Assembly (NCBI GenBank): GCA_024679065.1
Contig: JAGIQG010000006.1
Coordinates: forward strand, 110,236,001 to 110,300,000
Reading direction: 5' to 3'
DNA from: Sphyrna mokarran
Taxonomy: Eukaryota
DNA length: 64,000 nucleotides
Positions within the stretch are counted from its first letter, which is position 1. Each line of letters starts with the position of its first letter. The notes under the pieces are model-generated. The model was given only the letters and a program-made list of their open reading frames with translations, ran no database searches and was not told the origin of the DNA. Shown in pieces: positions 62,262-64,000 of this stretch. The position numbers and the translations under genes are program-made.

Positions 62262-64000
62262 GTTTTGTTTCTGGATGGTGTTGAACTTCCTGAAAGTTGT
62301 TGAAGCTGTATTTATCCAGGCATGTAGAATATTCCATCACAACTCTGACTTGTGGTTGAATTAGGAGGTAATCTGCTCAACACAGAATTCTCAGTGTCTG
62401 ACTTGCTCTTGTAGTCACGGTATTTGTATCAATTTGTATTAGATTTTGGTAAATTGTAACCCTCAGGATGTTGGTAATGGGGGATTCAATGGTGGCAATG
62501 CCAATGAATATCAAGGGCAAATGGTTAGATTCTCTCTTGTTGGAAATGGCTATGCCTGGTATTTCTGTGCACAAAGTGGTTGCCACTTATCAATCCAAAT
62601 CTGACTGTTGGACAAGGTCTTGCTGCATATTGACATAGACTGCTTCAGTTTCTGAGGAATTGTGAATGGTATTGAATGTTGTTCAATTATCAATGAATAT
62701 CCGCACTTATGATTTTATGAATGGAGGAAAGGTCTTAGGTAAAGCAGCTGAAAATGGTTGAGCTGAGGGCACTGTCCTGAATATCTTCTATAAAGATGTC
62801 CTAGGACTGAGATGATTGGTCTCCAAGAGCCACAAACATCTGTTGTGTTAGATATGATTCCAAGCAGTTTAGAGGTTATACAATGACTTGCATTGATTTC
62901 AACTTTGCTAGGGCCCCTTAATACCACACTCGGTCAAGTGTGTCTTGATATTAAGGGCTGTCAGTCTCAGTTCATCTCTTTAATTCAGCTCACCTCCATG
63001 TTTTGACCAAGGCTGTCATGAGGTCAGGAAACAAGTAGCTCTGCCAGAACCTAAAATGAGCACAATAAGCAGGCCGTTTCTTCGTAAATGCCAATTGATA
63101 GCAATATAGATGATATCTTCTGTCAATTTGTTGATGATCAATTACTGATGGGACAGTAATTGACTGGTTTGGTTTGTTCTATTTTTTGTGTTGAGGTGAT
63201 TCAATGGAGTACTTGGTCATATTGTCAGGTTGCTGTCATTGTTGTAGCTGTACTGGAACACCTTAACTAGGAGCATGGGTAGTTCTGGAATACAAGTCTT
63301 CATTGCTACTGTTGGGTTGCTATTAGGATGCATAGCTTTTCAGCCTTTTCCTAATGTGAAATGACTTAAGTGGATGAAGATTGACATCTGTTTTATGCTG
63401 TGTTCCCAGCAAGAGTCCAAGATAGGTCATCCATTTAGTACTTCTGACTGAAAATGGTCAAATGTTTCAGTCTTGTTTTTTATACTGATGTGTTGAGTTT
63501 CTTCATCATTGAGGATGGTGGGTATTTGTGCGAAGGTTCCTTCTCTGGCTAGTTGTTTAATTGCCCACCACCATTCATTGCACCAACTGCAAAGCTTTGA
63601 TCTAACCTGTTGGCTGTGAGATTGTTTAGCATGTCTACATCAAGATTGTCTACATCATGCTGCTTCTGTTGTTTAGCATACAAATAATCCTGTACTGTAG
63701 GTTCACTAGGTAGACACCTCATTTCTCAATATACCTGGTGTAGTTCCTTGCATGCCCTTCTGCACTCTTCATTGAATCAGAATTATCCCCCAGCTTGATG
63801 TAATGACCAAGAGAGATATGCCAGGGATGGAGTTTGACAGATTGTGGTTGAATATAGTTCTGCTGCTGGTCTATGGTGTCTCATGGATGCAGATGATAAA
63901 TCTGTTCTCATTCTATTTCATTTAGCATAGTAGTTGTGCCATATAAAATAATAGAGGGTATCCTCAGTGTAAAGAATGGACTATATCTCCACACAAGGAC
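62262..64000 (-). mobile_element. L2/Crack-like LINE, degenerate, running off the window end
   Basis: AISNKRESNHLPLIFIGIATIESPITNILRVTI; homologous to 38910-39800 and 32050-32600. Confidence 0.85.

Noticed and set aside
1-64000. Prokaryotic-type systems (CRISPR array, retron or RT-associated defence locus, operons)
   Set aside because: The sequence is vertebrate repeat-rich DNA. There are no regularly spaced repeat-spacer units, and the only intact RT is a standard CR1 ORF2.

Overview
This is eukaryotic DNA, most likely from a shark or other elasmobranch, inferred from numerous HE1/V-SINEs and SacSINE1-like DeuSINEs. It is an intronic or intergenic window dominated by transposable elements. 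I found no identifiable host gene, rRNA, tRNA or CRISPR array. Contents: many CR1, L2/Crack-like, L2 and Rex1/Babar LINE relics; one young 5'-truncated CR1 with an uninterrupted RT ORF (59146-60741, minus); Penelope-like remnants (GIY-YIG, RT, and inverted pseudo-LTRs with decayed minimal hammerhead ribozyme cores); PIF/Harbinger relics (DDE transposase and Myb/SANT genes) with derived MITEs; and probable solo LTRs. Four observations stand out. (i) Three short, near-identical local duplications 0.7-2 kb apart sit in or beside HE1 SINEs and look like locally templated insertions. (ii) One V-SINE body carries three different LINE-type tails, one apparently mimicking the Rex1 3' stem-loop. (iii) Palindromic Penelope ends carry hammerhead motifs. 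(iv) A three-level nested insertion has readable target-site duplications. All family names come from recognition by eye, without database searches. Boundaries of old elements are approximate. I cannot support a wholly new biological system from this sequence alone.
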